A stretch of DNA of 64,000 nt, taken from assembly GCA_002269645.1 (NCBI GenBank), contig NIVC01003632.1:1-64000 (forward strand). Direction: 5' to 3'. The position numbers and the translations under genes are program-made. Origin of the DNA: Macrostomum lignano (taxonomy: Eukaryota). Every line of letters starts with the position of its first letter. Position 1 is the stretch's first letter. Shown here one piece after another: positions 25,901 to 38,330 of this stretch. The notes beneath the pieces are model-generated. The model worked only from the letters and a program-made list of their open reading frames with translations. It did not search any database and was not told the origin of the DNA.

Positions 25901-26784
25901 GTTTCTTTCTCTCTTTCTTTTGAGCCCTTCGTTGCACACGAGCGTCGCCCTGTTGTACTGAGTCTCGCGGTGTAAGTAAACAACCTTATTTTAGAGATCT
26001 TTTGCCTGACCCTCGCACCTCTAAACGCTTATTGCAAAAAATGCAGATGTGCAAAGATGAGTCACTAAAATGCATGACATTTACCATTTAGCTTCGTCTG
26101 TCTCACGGAACACTGAAAAAATTCTTCGCTGGGCGGTCGCAACAATGCCAACCCACCATCACAGGCTGTTTTTGCGCCAATAAAACTATAATTTAACTAT
26201 CAGTCACTTTGTGTCTACTGGCTTATAATGTCCTGAGAAACCATGACAAGAACATGGCATTCTCTTCTAGCTTTACTTAAGTGACAAGTCACGTTAAAAG
26301 ATAAAAAATTGTGTAGCAAAGGCAACAACCTAACCGTTGAAGACTTGACAAATTAGCCATGGACAGAATCCTACGCCTATTCTGATCACCTGCCGTTTGT
26401 TTGTTGTGGTGAGTTGAGGCGCTGTGTTGTCGCGCTGGGAGATCCGGTGGCGCCGGTGTCCGCAGCGCCACCCCAATCCGGAGAGTACATGAAGTGGATG
26501 GTCGCTCCCCACCGGTAGCCCTCAGGTGGCAGAAATTTTCGGACCTGAAAACCCAAAAGGTTTGGGTTTGGGCCGAGGTAGGTGAGCCTGTCTTGAGTAA
26601 AGGCGGGAATTTACAGATAAAGTTGCTACGCATTCTCAACAAAGGGCCATGGCTACCGCCTTGATGTCTCTGCGGTGAAGACCAGGGCCCTGGGGAGGGC
26701 GGAAGAGAGACAGGGGACGACATTGCAGTCGGGGGCGTTAGCTCACCTCTCCCTGCCAAGCCGTCGTCGTTGGAAGGCAGAGCA

Positions 26785-27650
26785 GTCCTGCTGCGGCGAC
26801 GCGTGGGTCGACGCCAACCGGAGAGACGGCTCAGCGTGCTTGGCTACGCCGATGACCTCGCCCTGCTGTCCTCGACCGTCGAGGGCGCCCAACGACAGCT
26901 GGATAGGCTGGTTGCCGTTGCGGCGAGCGTCGGCCTGGTGGTCAACACGCAGAAGACCGTCGTGCTATGCGTGCCGGACGACACCGAGGCTGCAATCTTC
27001 TGCCGAGGCGCTGACGGACAGGCGAGTGAGCTTCCAAGATGTCAGCAGTTCGTCTACCTCGGCGGTCTGGTTCCCGACGTCCGCGAGGATCTGCGGCGTC
27101 GCCGAGGACTTGCCTGGGCTGCCTTTCGTTCTATAAGGTCAGTCCTGCAGTCCGAGGCCCTACCGGACCGCCAGAGGGCGGCGCTGTTCCAGGCGGTGAT
27201 CGAGACCGTCCTGTTATACAACGCCGAGACCTGGACGCTGATAGACTCGCTCGAGGCTCAAGTCGACGCGGCGCACGCTGGCCTGCTGCGCGCCGCCTTC
27301 AAGATCGGCAACGAGCGAGTCACCAACACGGCGCTCTATCATCGCGCCGGCCTGGCCCGTCCTAGCGATCTGCTGCGCCGTCGGCGACTCCAGCTGGCAG
27401 GCCACGTCATCCGCGCCGAGGCCTACTGTCCAGAGCCGGTGCAGGAGGTGCTGCTACTTACGTTGCAGGCACCCTACCGGCGGGGACAGGCGAGGACACG
27501 GCGCTACGTCGACTGTCTGCTGGCTGACGCCGGCGCCCCGGACCCTGCCGGCGGTGCGGCCTTTGTTCGCGCCCAAGCCTTGAAGCGTGCCATCTGACGC
27601 TGCTTTTGCGATCCGGCAGCGTACTCTGTTGCTGTTGTTGCCTGCCAAAA
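26785..27650 (+). mobile_element. 5'-truncated RTE-clade-like LINE, reverse transcriptase C-terminal half
   Basis: YADD, GLVVNTQKT, FVYLG, VLLYNAETWTL and RRRLQLAGHVIR motifs; stop at 27595-27597; short (ctgttg)-type tail. No endonuclease or RT N-terminal domains upstream. Confidence 0.88.
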
Positions 27651-28254
27651 TGTCACCCACATCTAAACATGCTGTCACCTGACATTTCCGAACTACTGGC
27701 AGGTCCCAAGCGGATTACGCGGATGTGGCGATGGGCTCACCAATCAGGTTTACAACAGCGACAACGAATGCTGCGGCTCGGTTGTTGCTGCCAGCCACGA
27801 CCCGTAGGTTGAGACCAGTGGGAAACTTCCATATACTAAACTCGCATAACAAGTCCTGCACCTTTTCTAACAAATTTCAAACTGAACTTTTAAAACTGTT
27901 CATGTCGAGGAAGAAGCTGGATTCTATAGATACTCTGCAGCGCAGCTCTGTCCCCATGTAAGTGCCGCTACAGATACTGAAATAACTGGATGGGCCACGC
28001 AGGCGTGTAAAACAGCTTTCTACTTCCAGTTCAGTAATAAGTAAAAATACATAAGCTATTTTATAAAAAAAACAAGCTACTGAAACCCGTGGATTTTGAA
28101 CCTGCTGAATTCCAATCCCCGCAACTATTTTTGCTTGCATTCTTAAATCTGAAGTCATGCTGAAACTAAATCTTGTTAATACGAGTAGATAAGATTGGGG
28201 TAGACAAAAATTGGAGTAGATGCGTGTTAAATTAAGATTTGAGGGCCTTTGAAA

Positions 28255-28505
28255 CTTCTCTCCTCCAAGGACAACTGAAGTTGTCCTTGCTCTCCTCTCT
28301 TCACTCTTCTCATCCGTCTCCTCTTTTCTCACATCTCTCTTCTCTCTTCTCTCTTCTCTCCTCTCTTCTCTCTCCTCTCTTCTCTTTCCTCTCTTCTCTC
28401 TCTCATCTACTCTCTCTCCTATCTATAGTCTCTCACCTCTCCTCTCTTTTCTTCTCTCTGCTCTCTCATGTCTCCTCTCTTCTCTTTCCTCTCTCCTCTC
28501 TTTTC
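28255..28505. repeat. CT-rich low-complexity tract
   Basis: Pyrimidine-dominated ctct/cttct runs. Confidence 0.9.
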
Positions 28506-29280
28506 TGATCTCATATACCATTTTATCTAATAACAATTGGGGCAGGGGTAAGAGGTTTTGTGTGGAAAGACGCAAGTTAGAGGGTTAGAGGCTATGGGGA
28601 GGAGCTAATAAATGAGCCCGTGTCTTTAAAATACATCAAAATGCTTCAGTTTAACTTACTACTCAACTGACAGTAGCTTACACGCAAATTTGCTGAGTGG
28701 CCCATCTGGTTATTCTACGAGTAGGTATCTGTGGTCTACCGCGATCCAGTCGCTGTTGCGTTGGCTGCAGAATTTTTTAACTGTTATGAATAAAAACGCT
28801 GCATCTACTACAAGTAGCTCTAATCGTAACTTATAAATTTTTCCCAGTTGCTTTTATTCGCCTATCACAGCGTTTATCCAACCACTAGACACTAGGGGGA
28901 GACTTTCCAATCCCAGCTTCCCCGATGAAGCAATGTTATTCAATAATTCAGTAGCTATGGCCTCCAAGGGGCCCAGCCTGAGTGGATAAAACAGTCGTAA
29001 AATTCTACCAACAGCGCTGAGAACCGTCCCAATGTCCGTCCTCCTGGCAGCTTTCAAGTCTCTCCGCGCTGTGCTGACCCGGCGCCGGGTGTGCCGGAAG
29101 ACCCCGGATTCAGCAGCTGCTTCTGAGCTGCCACCACAGCTGATGCGGCCGCTGTCACCGTCTGTGCGGCAGCAAATCACCGGTGACTTCAGCCCCAGCC
29201 AGGAGCTGCTGAAACTCAGACAGAAACTCGTGAGACAATTGTTAATTTCCAAAGTATTCGCATTTAACTGGAATGCTAAA

Positions 29281-29491
<211 letters not shown>

Positions 29492-30101
29492 TAGAACAGA
29501 GACCAAAACCAGGCAGGCATCAAGAGACAGACACTAGCACGGACACTTGAGGCAACAGTATTGTAGCAAAGTGCTTTCGGCAGCCAGCCCTCACCAGCCC
29601 GGGATCTGCACGCGCGGTGCTTTTCTCCCCTGCGGGATCGCAACCAATTTACAGCAAGTCCCAGACAAAACCCCCAGCTCTTGGCCAATTTTCGCCTTTA
29701 ATCCTCACGGCTTAAGCTGGCCGGGAATTGACTCCGCGTAATAAACTCTGTGGCCCGTAAGTTCGAGCATCCGCTTCATCATGCGGCTGGCCCAGAATCC
29801 CTGGCTAAATTGCTGATCTTTTGTTGATGAGCAGCTGTGCTTGGGAAAACGCAAAATGGGCTCGGAGCACCACAGACAACACACAGAGTCAGGCAGGATA
29901 AGTCCCGAGTTGCTAAGGTCATTTGACACAGAAGTTAGGCAGAAGCAGTGGGCGAAATCACGCCGCAAATGAAATGTGGGAGATGACCATTGAGCAATTC
30001 CAGAGCCAAGCAAATTTTTTAATTCGTTTTGGTCTCGCACTCTTCACGCACCCGCTCCGATCGTGGATGGATAACAATTGTTGGGCCGTTTTTTATCTCA
30101 G

Positions 30102-30173
30102 GACCGACTTTTGGAGGATTTGGCCGAACAGGAGGCTTCAGAGGCGGAATCGGATATTAATGGGAATGATGAG
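30102..30173 (+). CDS. Putative 72-nt internal exon (DRLLEDLAEQEASEAESDINGNDE) of an unassigned gene
   Basis: Acceptor ttttatctcag| and donor |gtgagt bracket an open, acidic phase-0 frame. No homology recognised. Confidence 0.35.
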
Positions 30174-30206
30174 GTGAGTCAGTTGCTGGATCTCTTTCAT
30201 ACCCTA

Positions 30207-31131
30207 ATCTCTGAGATAGCAGGGTCTCTGAGATAGCAGGGTCTCTGAGATAGCAGGGTCTCTGAGATAGCAGGGTCTCTGAGATAGCAGGGTCTCTGAG
30301 ATAGCAGGGTCTCTGAGATAGCAGGGTCTCTGAGATAGCAGGGTCTCTGAGATAGCAGGGTCTCTGAGATAGCAGGGTCTCTGAGATAGCAGGGTCTCTG
30401 AGATAGCAGGGTCTCTGAGATAGCAGGGTCTCTGAGATAGCAGGGTCTCTGAGATAGCAGGGTCTCTGAGATAGCAGGGTCTCTGAGATAGCAGGGTCTC
30501 TGAGATAGCAGGGTCTCTGAGAAAGCAGGGTCTCTGAGATAGCAGGGTCTCTGAGATAGCAGGGTCTCTGAGATAGCAGGGTCTCTGAGATAGCAGGGTC
30601 TCTGAGATAGCAGGGTCTCTGAGATAGCAGGGTCTCTGAGATAGCAGGGTCTCTGAGATAGCAGGGTCTCTGAGATAGCAGGGTCTCTGAGATAGCAGGG
30701 TCTCTGAGATAGCAGGGTCTCTGAGATAGCAGGGTCTCTGAGATAGCAGGGTCTCTGAGATAGCAGGGTCTCTGAGATAGCAGGGTCTCTGAGATAGCAG
30801 GGTCTCTGAGATAGCAGGGTCTCTGAGATAGCAGGGTCTCTGAGATAGCAGGGTCTCTGAGATAGCAGGGTCTCTGAGATAGCAGGGTCTCTGAGATAGC
30901 AGGGTCTCTGAGATAGCAGGGTCTCTGAGATAGCAGGGTCTCTGAGATAGCAGGGTCTCTGAGATAGCAGGGTCTCTGAGATAGCAGGGTCTCTGAGATA
31001 GCAGGGTCTCTGAGATAGCAGGGTCTCTGAGATAGCAGGGTCTCTGAGATAGCAGGGTCTCTGAGATAGCAGGGTCTCTGAGATAGCAGGGTCTCTGAGA
31101 TAGCAGGGTCTCTGAGATAGCAGGGTCTCTG
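30207..31131. repeat. 17-bp minisatellite (ctgagatagcagggtct)n
   Basis: About 54 almost invariant copies. Confidence 0.98.
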
Positions 31132-31139
31132 ATGGTCAG

Positions 31140-31507
31140 CTGTTGCCGAAGGGGCATCCTCGAAGGTGCAAAATGCAGCCACGCCCCTCTCCAACGCTTC
31201 TCAGTGCGCCGTCTGCCTGTCCCGGCCAGCTGCTGTCCGAGCTCAGCCGTGCGGTCACTCGGCCACCTGCCGGCCCTGCTTCCTGCGCACCGTCCGGCTG
31301 GCCATCCAGCAGCGCCGCCTCCCCGTCCGCTGCGTCCTCTGCCGCTCCGCCGTCCTGCGACTCAGCGACGTCCAGCAAAGCGTCAAGCAGGAGGCGAACC
31401 GCGTCGATGCTGACGAAACGCGGGATCTGAGTAGCTGCCGCACTGTTCAACGCTGCCGCCGTCACCATCGACAGCGAGCCAGCTGGAGATACAAACTGGT
31501 GGCTTGA
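31140..31507 (+). CDS. RING-HC (C3HC4) zinc-finger coding exon, probable E3 ligase; 5' exon(s) unidentified
   Basis: CAVC-x11-CGH-x3-CRPC-x17-CVLCR. Probable acceptor ggtcag| at 31139 (phase 1); no in-frame ATG before the finger. Confidence 0.8.
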
Positions 31508-31584
31508 GTCCTGCACTGCTCACTGATAATTCTGCTTGTCTTATTAATAAGATGCTCAGCTTGTAAGCTGCTGGCGTGGGAGAG

Positions 31585-32165
31585 TGACACAATCAGAGTG
31601 CCAGTGAGAGTGACGCGGTCGGAGTCTCAGTGCGAGAGTGACACGGTCAGAGTGCCAGTGAGAGTGACACGGTCAGAGTGCCAGTGAGAGTGACGCGGTC
31701 AGAGTGTCAGTGAGAGTGACGCGGTCAGAGTGCCAGTGAGAGTGACACGGTCAGAGTGCCAGTGAGAGTGACACGGTCAGAGTGCCAGTGAGAGTGACAC
31801 GGTCAGAGTGCCAGTGAGAGTGACACGGTCAGAGTGACAGTGAGAGTGACACGGTCAGAGTGACAGTGCGAGAGTGACATGGTCAGAGTGCCAGTGAGAG
31901 TGACACCACGGTCAGAGTGCCAGTGAGAGTGACACGGTCAGAGTGCCAGTGAGAGTGACGCGGTCAGAGTGACAGTGCGAGAGTGACATGGTCAGAGTGC
32001 CAGTGAGAGTGACACCACGGTCAGAGTGCCAGTGAGAGTGACACGGTCAGAGTGCCAGTGAGAGTGACACGGTCAGAGTGCCAGTGAGAGTGACACGGTC
32101 AGAGTGCCAGTGAGAGTGACACGGTCAGAGTGACAGTGCGAGAGTGACATGGTCAGAGTGCCAGT
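31585..32165. repeat. 26-bp minisatellite (gagagtgacacggtcagagtgccagt)n
   Basis: About 21 copies with small indel variants. Confidence 0.95.
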
Positions 32166-33150
32166 TTTGATTTCAGCAACAGGTGCCTGAGGAATGTCTG
32201 CTAAAATGTTCCACAATACCGGATTTTTCTAACGAGATTTCCAGTGAGATTTTTCATTAAACTTCCGGTGAGACTTTCCGTAGTGCAATAGTAAGAATAG
32301 CCACCGGAAGTAAGGCGAATGTATTTTAGTTAAGCAGCATAAAATGCTCAATTCAATCTAGTTGTCATTCAGCGAAGCCAAGTTGTTTACCAACTGCTTT
32401 TATAGTCTTAATTGATTGTTTTTGCCGGACAATTTTCGTGTACGCTCGTAGCTGTATATACCTCAGCATATGCTACGTGCCCTGAATATGCTGCTACGTA
32501 CGACAGTAAACTTTTGCCAGAAATTCAGTTCTAAATTTAGACCGGAAAAGGGGTCGACCTTGGCCCAGCTTTGGTCAAAAATATTTACATCGCAAGTCAT
32601 GCTACCGTTCTTAGGACAGTCTCAGAATTTTAATGCTTAAAACCTCTCGCCAGTGTACATCTTCATCTACAGAACAAAGTTCAGTCCACTGCTCTTCATC
32701 ACTGACGCTCTTCAAAGCACATCGGCTGCAGAGTACAATGAGCTGCAAGCAGCCATGATGCAAATATTCCTTATAGCTCTATATAATTTTGTCTGGTGCA
32801 CAGGAAAGACAAAGACTTGCAGGCATTAAGATATTCAGATACACAATTAGCATATTAACAAGCTCTGTTTACTCGAGCTTTATGGGGCAGCTCCAAATGT
32901 GGCGTGATCTTAGAGAAAGCCTCACCCCCCCCCCCTACTGTGAGACAATTCGCAAACTCGTGAGAAAGAGCTGAGCAGACAATTCACTCAAGCCCATATT
33001 ACAGAAACTCTTCAGCATCGCTGTTCCAAATTGCCTCTCTTCCAGCTCTGCATTAAAATAAAAGAAGTTTGAGCGAAAGAAATTTGCAAAGAGAAAACAA
33101 CACAACGCAGCCAAGACAACAACCCACAGCGACTCACGAAGGACACAGCG

Positions 33151-36100
33151 ATGGACAATTTGTTGTGCCTGCTGCTAACCGGCTGCTGTCTGATTGTTGC
33201 GGTGAGTTCGACTGCCGGCTGGTCTTTAGATTCTGCTACTCAGTTATAGGAGTTACAGAGTGCCATCAGTTATAATACCTAAGTCGGTCTCCATGAGGCC
33301 ACCTTTCCAGCTCTGCTTCCCTTCAATTCACTCCGTCTAAGCACTAAAGAACAAATTCCAGCAGGTACGAGCGAAACACAAGTCAGGAAAGTTTTACTAT
33401 TTCAAGGATTTCTACTCGTTAAACGAAAATTCCTTCTTTTCGGAAGAGGCGTCTTCCAGAAAGTTCCAACACGTTCGGGAGGGAGGGAATGGGTTTAAAA
33501 ACGCGAAATTTTATAAACGCTAAAAATTTTGCACTTACTTTCATAAACGGCAGTCTTTTTAGCGGTTGTGAAGTTTCGTGTTTATAAGTTTTTTATACTT
33601 ATTTGCAGGTAAACTGCCACGGCTACATGACGATCAAGTTCCAGCAGTACCACAACCATGACAGCCGGTGCTCCGATGGAACTTATTGCGACACGATTCT
33701 TTTCTTAAACTCCAGAGAGAGCGCCTGCGATCCGCACTTCCACCTGACAGCTGACCGCTATAACGCTGGCGGGTAGGTAGTTAGAACTTTGACCAACCTG
33801 CAGCCTCCATCCACTCGAGCATCAAGAGAGCGAAAGTCCCTTTTCCTTGGTTTGAAATACTCGCACACTTCTCAAAGACTTTGCTGAAATACAGATTTCG
33901 GATTCCTTTCAATTTCAGAAACGGGCTGTTCGACCACAGTCAGTCAGGCTGGTACTGGGACAAGGATGTAATCAACTTCGGATCGGATTTCGCGGGAATA
34001 AAGAATCCCGTTGCCATTGCGATGAACTTCGACAACAACGATGTGAGTCCGCGCACCGAGTAGTTCGCACCTGCGGTCTGAATCTGAGTCTCATTTCGTG
34101 CATGGTGAATTTTCAATTGCAGGGCCGACTCTTCATCAGAGTCATTGTCCATGACAAGGACAGCATGGCAGACGATTTGATTGACATATTCTCGGCTACC
34201 CTGGAAGCCTCCGGCCCAGACGCAAAGGACCTGACGATTGTCAGCCATGCGATGGGTCACACGTAGGTTGCTCACATGCTCATAGTTTGTGCTAACCTGT
34301 TCCAACGTTCATCAAATTTTTATCCTTTAATCTCTGCTTCATCAGCTTGCGCATCCGGTACTGGTACAGCTGCCATTCCGGCTACTACGGCGCGCTGTGC
34401 AACACCTACTGCAGGGAGAAGAACAACGCGTGGGATGGTCATTACACCTGCGGCTCAGACGGACAGAAAGTCTGCCGTAGCGGTGAGTGACTGACTTCAA
34501 GGCACCAATTCCTGTCCATATCGATGGTGCTTTTGCACAAAAACTTTTTTTTCTCAAAAACGTTATTTCTTTACTTTCAATCCAAAGTTATGAGCCACTG
34601 GTTGAAGTTGCCTCTACGCTCGAGTACGTGCAGTGCCATGAATTGCCACTAGAAAATGAACGACTGAGAAAATTTTGCTACAGAGTTCAGTTCCGCTTAT
34701 GACTTTATAACACATTGACTCACCTTAGGCTGGATTGGCGCCGACTGCAAGACGCCGCACCCGTGTAGCACCGGCGTCTGTCAGAACGGCGCCACCTGCG
34801 TACCTAACGGCGACTCCTACAGCTGCCGATGTCCCGCTGACTTCTCCGGTACGAACTGCGAGACGCCGCACCCGTGTAGCACCGGTGTCTGTCAGAACGG
34901 CGCCACCTGCGTACCTAACGGCGACTCCTACAGCTGCCGATGTCCCGCTGACTACTCCGGTACGAACTGCGAGACCTTCCTCAACCCGTGCACCTACCGA
35001 AACCCGTGCAAAAACGGCGCCACCTGTCAGCTGGACGCCAGCCGACAGCCGCAGTGCCGCTGCTTGCCGCAGTTCACCGGCTCTCACTGTGAGCTCGACG
35101 TCGATGAATGCTCGACTGAGTCGCCGTGCAGTAACGACATGCCATGCGTCAACATTCACGGCGGTTTCTATTGCAACTGCACCGACGCAAAGCTCCACGG
35201 CAGCCTCTGCGAGTTCGACCGCTGCAACACCACCGTCTGCTTGAACAGCGGCATCTGTCACGTGAACGAGACGGACGGTGTTCCGCGCTGCCTCTGTCCG
35301 GAAGGATTTTTAGGAGAGAACTGCGAGATCGATAACCCGTGCTACAGCAGCCCGTGCGAGAACGGGGCGCCCTGCAGGAACAGCGCTGTCGGTTTCGCCT
35401 GCGACTGCCCGCCAGGCTTCATCGGAAACCGATGCGAGACAGCGAAGCCGAACTACTGCGCCAGTGGGCCCTGCCGCAACGGAGGAGACTGCGTCAGCGG
35501 TACGGACGGCTTCAGCTGCACCTGTCCAACAGGCTTCGAAGGCGCGCTCTGCGAACGTCTCGCATCCGAAGGCACCCCGAAATCGGTCGGCCAGGTGGGC
35601 GAAAATCCCGGCGACGCCTCGACTGGAAACTCCAGCGTTGTTGGAGTGGCGGCCGGATGCGCAGTAGGCTTCCTGCTGCTGATTGCCCTCGGCGTGTTCC
35701 TGGGCGTCTACCTGCTGCGTCGACGACGTAACGCCGGGTAAGTACTCGTAGATTGGATGGGCAAAAATAATACGCACCATTGTCGGTTACATCCTCGAGA
35801 GCTTGAACTCTCTCGCATAAACAGTATGTATCTTTGTTGCTAGATCTGTGGTTCATTAAACACAGCTTACTATCCTTGATCCGTCCTGAACTACTCGCAG
35901 GTCCGAAGCAGATCTCGGGAGCAGCATCGGACACACCAATGAAATTTATAACAATGCCAGCGAATTTACCGGCACAGTGCGCAGTTACGAGTAAGTAGAG
36001 CAGGTCAAATGTTGTTTAACAATCGGCGTTCCCTATGGGCCGTCTTGTCTCACTTTCCTTGCGCCTATTAATAATATTTAAAACGTGCTCAGTAATTTCT

Positions 36101-36275
36101 ACTAGCAGTAGTGCATTAATACTGATTTTCTGCAAAAATTTCTCACAGCCCGACTGTCCAATGGGAAGACGAGCCTGCAGTCTACGAAGCAATCAGCGGT
36201 CTGCCGGTTGGCGAACCGGCGAACCAGCTGCCGGTCGGTGGACTGGAAAATTCGGCCTACGAAGAGGACGCCTGA
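33151..36275 (+). CDS. Delta-like DSL ligand, ~613 aa: signal peptide, MNNL/C2-like domain, DSL, 7 EGF repeats, TM, cytoplasmic tail. Exons 33151-33201, 33609-33772, 33919-34042, 34123-34262, 34346-34482, 34729-35737, 35901-35990, 36149-36275
   Basis: All seven GT-AG introns are phase-compatible. DSL motif CHSGYYGALCNTYC...GHYTCGSDGQKVCRSGWIGADC; EGF C-spacing; TM VVGVAAGCAVGFLLLIALGVFLGVYLL followed by RRRR. Confidence 0.93.
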
Positions 36276-37524
36276 GCAACCAGCGGTGTTCAGAAACTTT
36301 TGCCTCGTGTGGCCAAGGAAAAGTTATTGAGAAGCGTCATTGCTCTGTTTTATTGATTGATCGATTGACCAAGTTATCATTCAAGTTTACACTTTGCTTT
36401 AGCAAGCCGACGCCCGAACACTCATTCAACTCATGCACCGAATTCCCGCATTTTCCTGCCGATAATTTTCACAAAGTTTCGTTGCATCATAAAGTTTTAA
36501 CAAGTGTTTACAGCTAATAAAATTGTTTTTTACAAGGTTTTTTGTATATAAAAGTTAACATCGCTTGCCCGAGAGTGCGTAATGCAATATTTAACTATAG
36601 CTCTGATAATTTCTGTTAATTTAACGCTCTTTGATCTCGCTAGATCTCGCTATTCGTAAAGTTAACTTGTCTGAAATTCAATGCGCTCAAAACTATTCCT
36701 TTAATAGATCTTTTTTATTTAAAAAAGTTGTTCTAATACACTTAAAAATATTCGAAAACTTGCCGCCAAAACTTGAGTACTTTTCAGTCACTTTTCTGAA
36801 ATAAAAATTCCAGGAAGTTCTTTGTAAAGCATCGCCAATTCTGTGAAGTGCTTGAGTCTGTTCAACGATGTGAGATCAGTTGGTCAGAGGATCATCTGTC
36901 ATGACGCCCATTGACACAAAAAGCGTTTTTTCCGTTTCCCCCGGTGGGCCATCCCGCGATGTGAATGCAAATTGAAACTTCAAAGTGTTGTGCCCGGGTG
37001 CACTTGCACCGATGAGCAATCTCTGGCTCTCGGTCAAAGTGTGCCCGGCTCTGCACTCCCACCCCCGGCCGCGTGCCTGCGACAACTCCCCCCATTCTGT
37101 CTGCGTCAACCCCCCCCCATTCTGTCTGCGTCAACCCCCCATTCTGTCTGCGTCAACCCCCCCCCTCCAGTTGCACCCACCCCACTGCCTGTTAGGCCAG
37201 CCGGCTTTGGCTGGCTGCGGCCCCAGTGCGCCCCCTCGCTCACCCTGCGATTGGCTGGTGGTCCAGCCAATCGGTTTGTTTCCTCTCCCCTCCAATCGCG
37301 ACCCCGACTTGTAACTTTTTCCTTGTTGGATAAGACGATCGAAATTTTGGCTAGCTGGGCCTGGGGTAGCGATACCCCAGGGCTTAACCAGCTAGCACAA
37401 ATATAAATATATGCAGGAGCGGCAGTAGGGGAGGCATCTCTCTTTCCTTGGTTGAATTGTGCAAGTCACAGCCATAAGTCTAATACTGCAATCCAGATAC
37501 CTGTCTATTCTTGGCTCACACTGG

Positions 37525-37690
37525 TTTAGGATTGGGGGTGGTTAGAGTGTCGGACTCACGAATTGAAGGTCGGGGGTTCGATTCTGGATCCTACTGGAAC
37601 AACTTGTGGCCTTGAGCTTGCAAGAAATTTAACCCTGCATTGCTTCAGTTCACCCAGCGGGTGTGTGTGGCGACCCCCAGTCCTTGGACT
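37525..37690 (+). mobile_element. tRNA-derived SINE-like element
   Basis: ggtggttagagtgtcggactc...ggttcgattc (A/B-box-like), followed by ccttgagc...aatttaaccctgcattgcttcagttcacccagc, which resembles SINE central domains. Confidence 0.5.
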
Positions 37691-38330
37691 GAACAGCCGT
37701 ACGCAGCCTTCAGATGCACCGCGCAATAGCTGCGGCTGAGCTGTCAGTTGCACATCTGGCCCAATTAGGGTAGGTGCATTCAATTATTCTTATTAAATCA
37801 TTCTCATTATTTTAAGATAGAAAGGGTTGGGCGTAAATTTGACTCTCTGACCCTCAAGTGTACAATGTCTGCCCCCGTCACTCTGCAGCCAATCAGCTTG
37901 CACGCTTCTTGTTTATCAGGCGCAACTCCACCCCACGCAAATATCGATTTCTAAATATATATTGGCGCTCAAGGTCGCGCAGTGGCCAAGCCTTTTCTTA
38001 CCCCTAAAGCAAATCTACAAGCTCGTTAATAATTGGATTTTATAAAATATCAAACACAAAAAAGAAAACCACCGCCTCGACGCTTTAATAACTGGAGGAA
38101 ACTATTTTCGAATCTCTGAACCCACTGTATGATCAGCTCAGTTGACTGTATCAAAAGCGTGCAAGCGGTGTTTATAACAAAGTTTATTTTAAAACTCTGC
38201 AAACAGATATAAACTCTCAAGTGAACGATTAACGGGTGATGAGAGCAAGTTGTAAAAACACAGGCATCGATACTTAAATCAAGGTATTGATTAGCTTGGT
38301 TTATGCGCATTGCTGCTCTGACAGGATTTA

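Noticed and set aside
26785-27597. Autonomous or domesticated reverse transcriptase system
   Set aside because: Only the C-terminal RT half is present, with no ATG-led full ORF or endonuclease; this is an ordinary 5'-truncated LINE copy.
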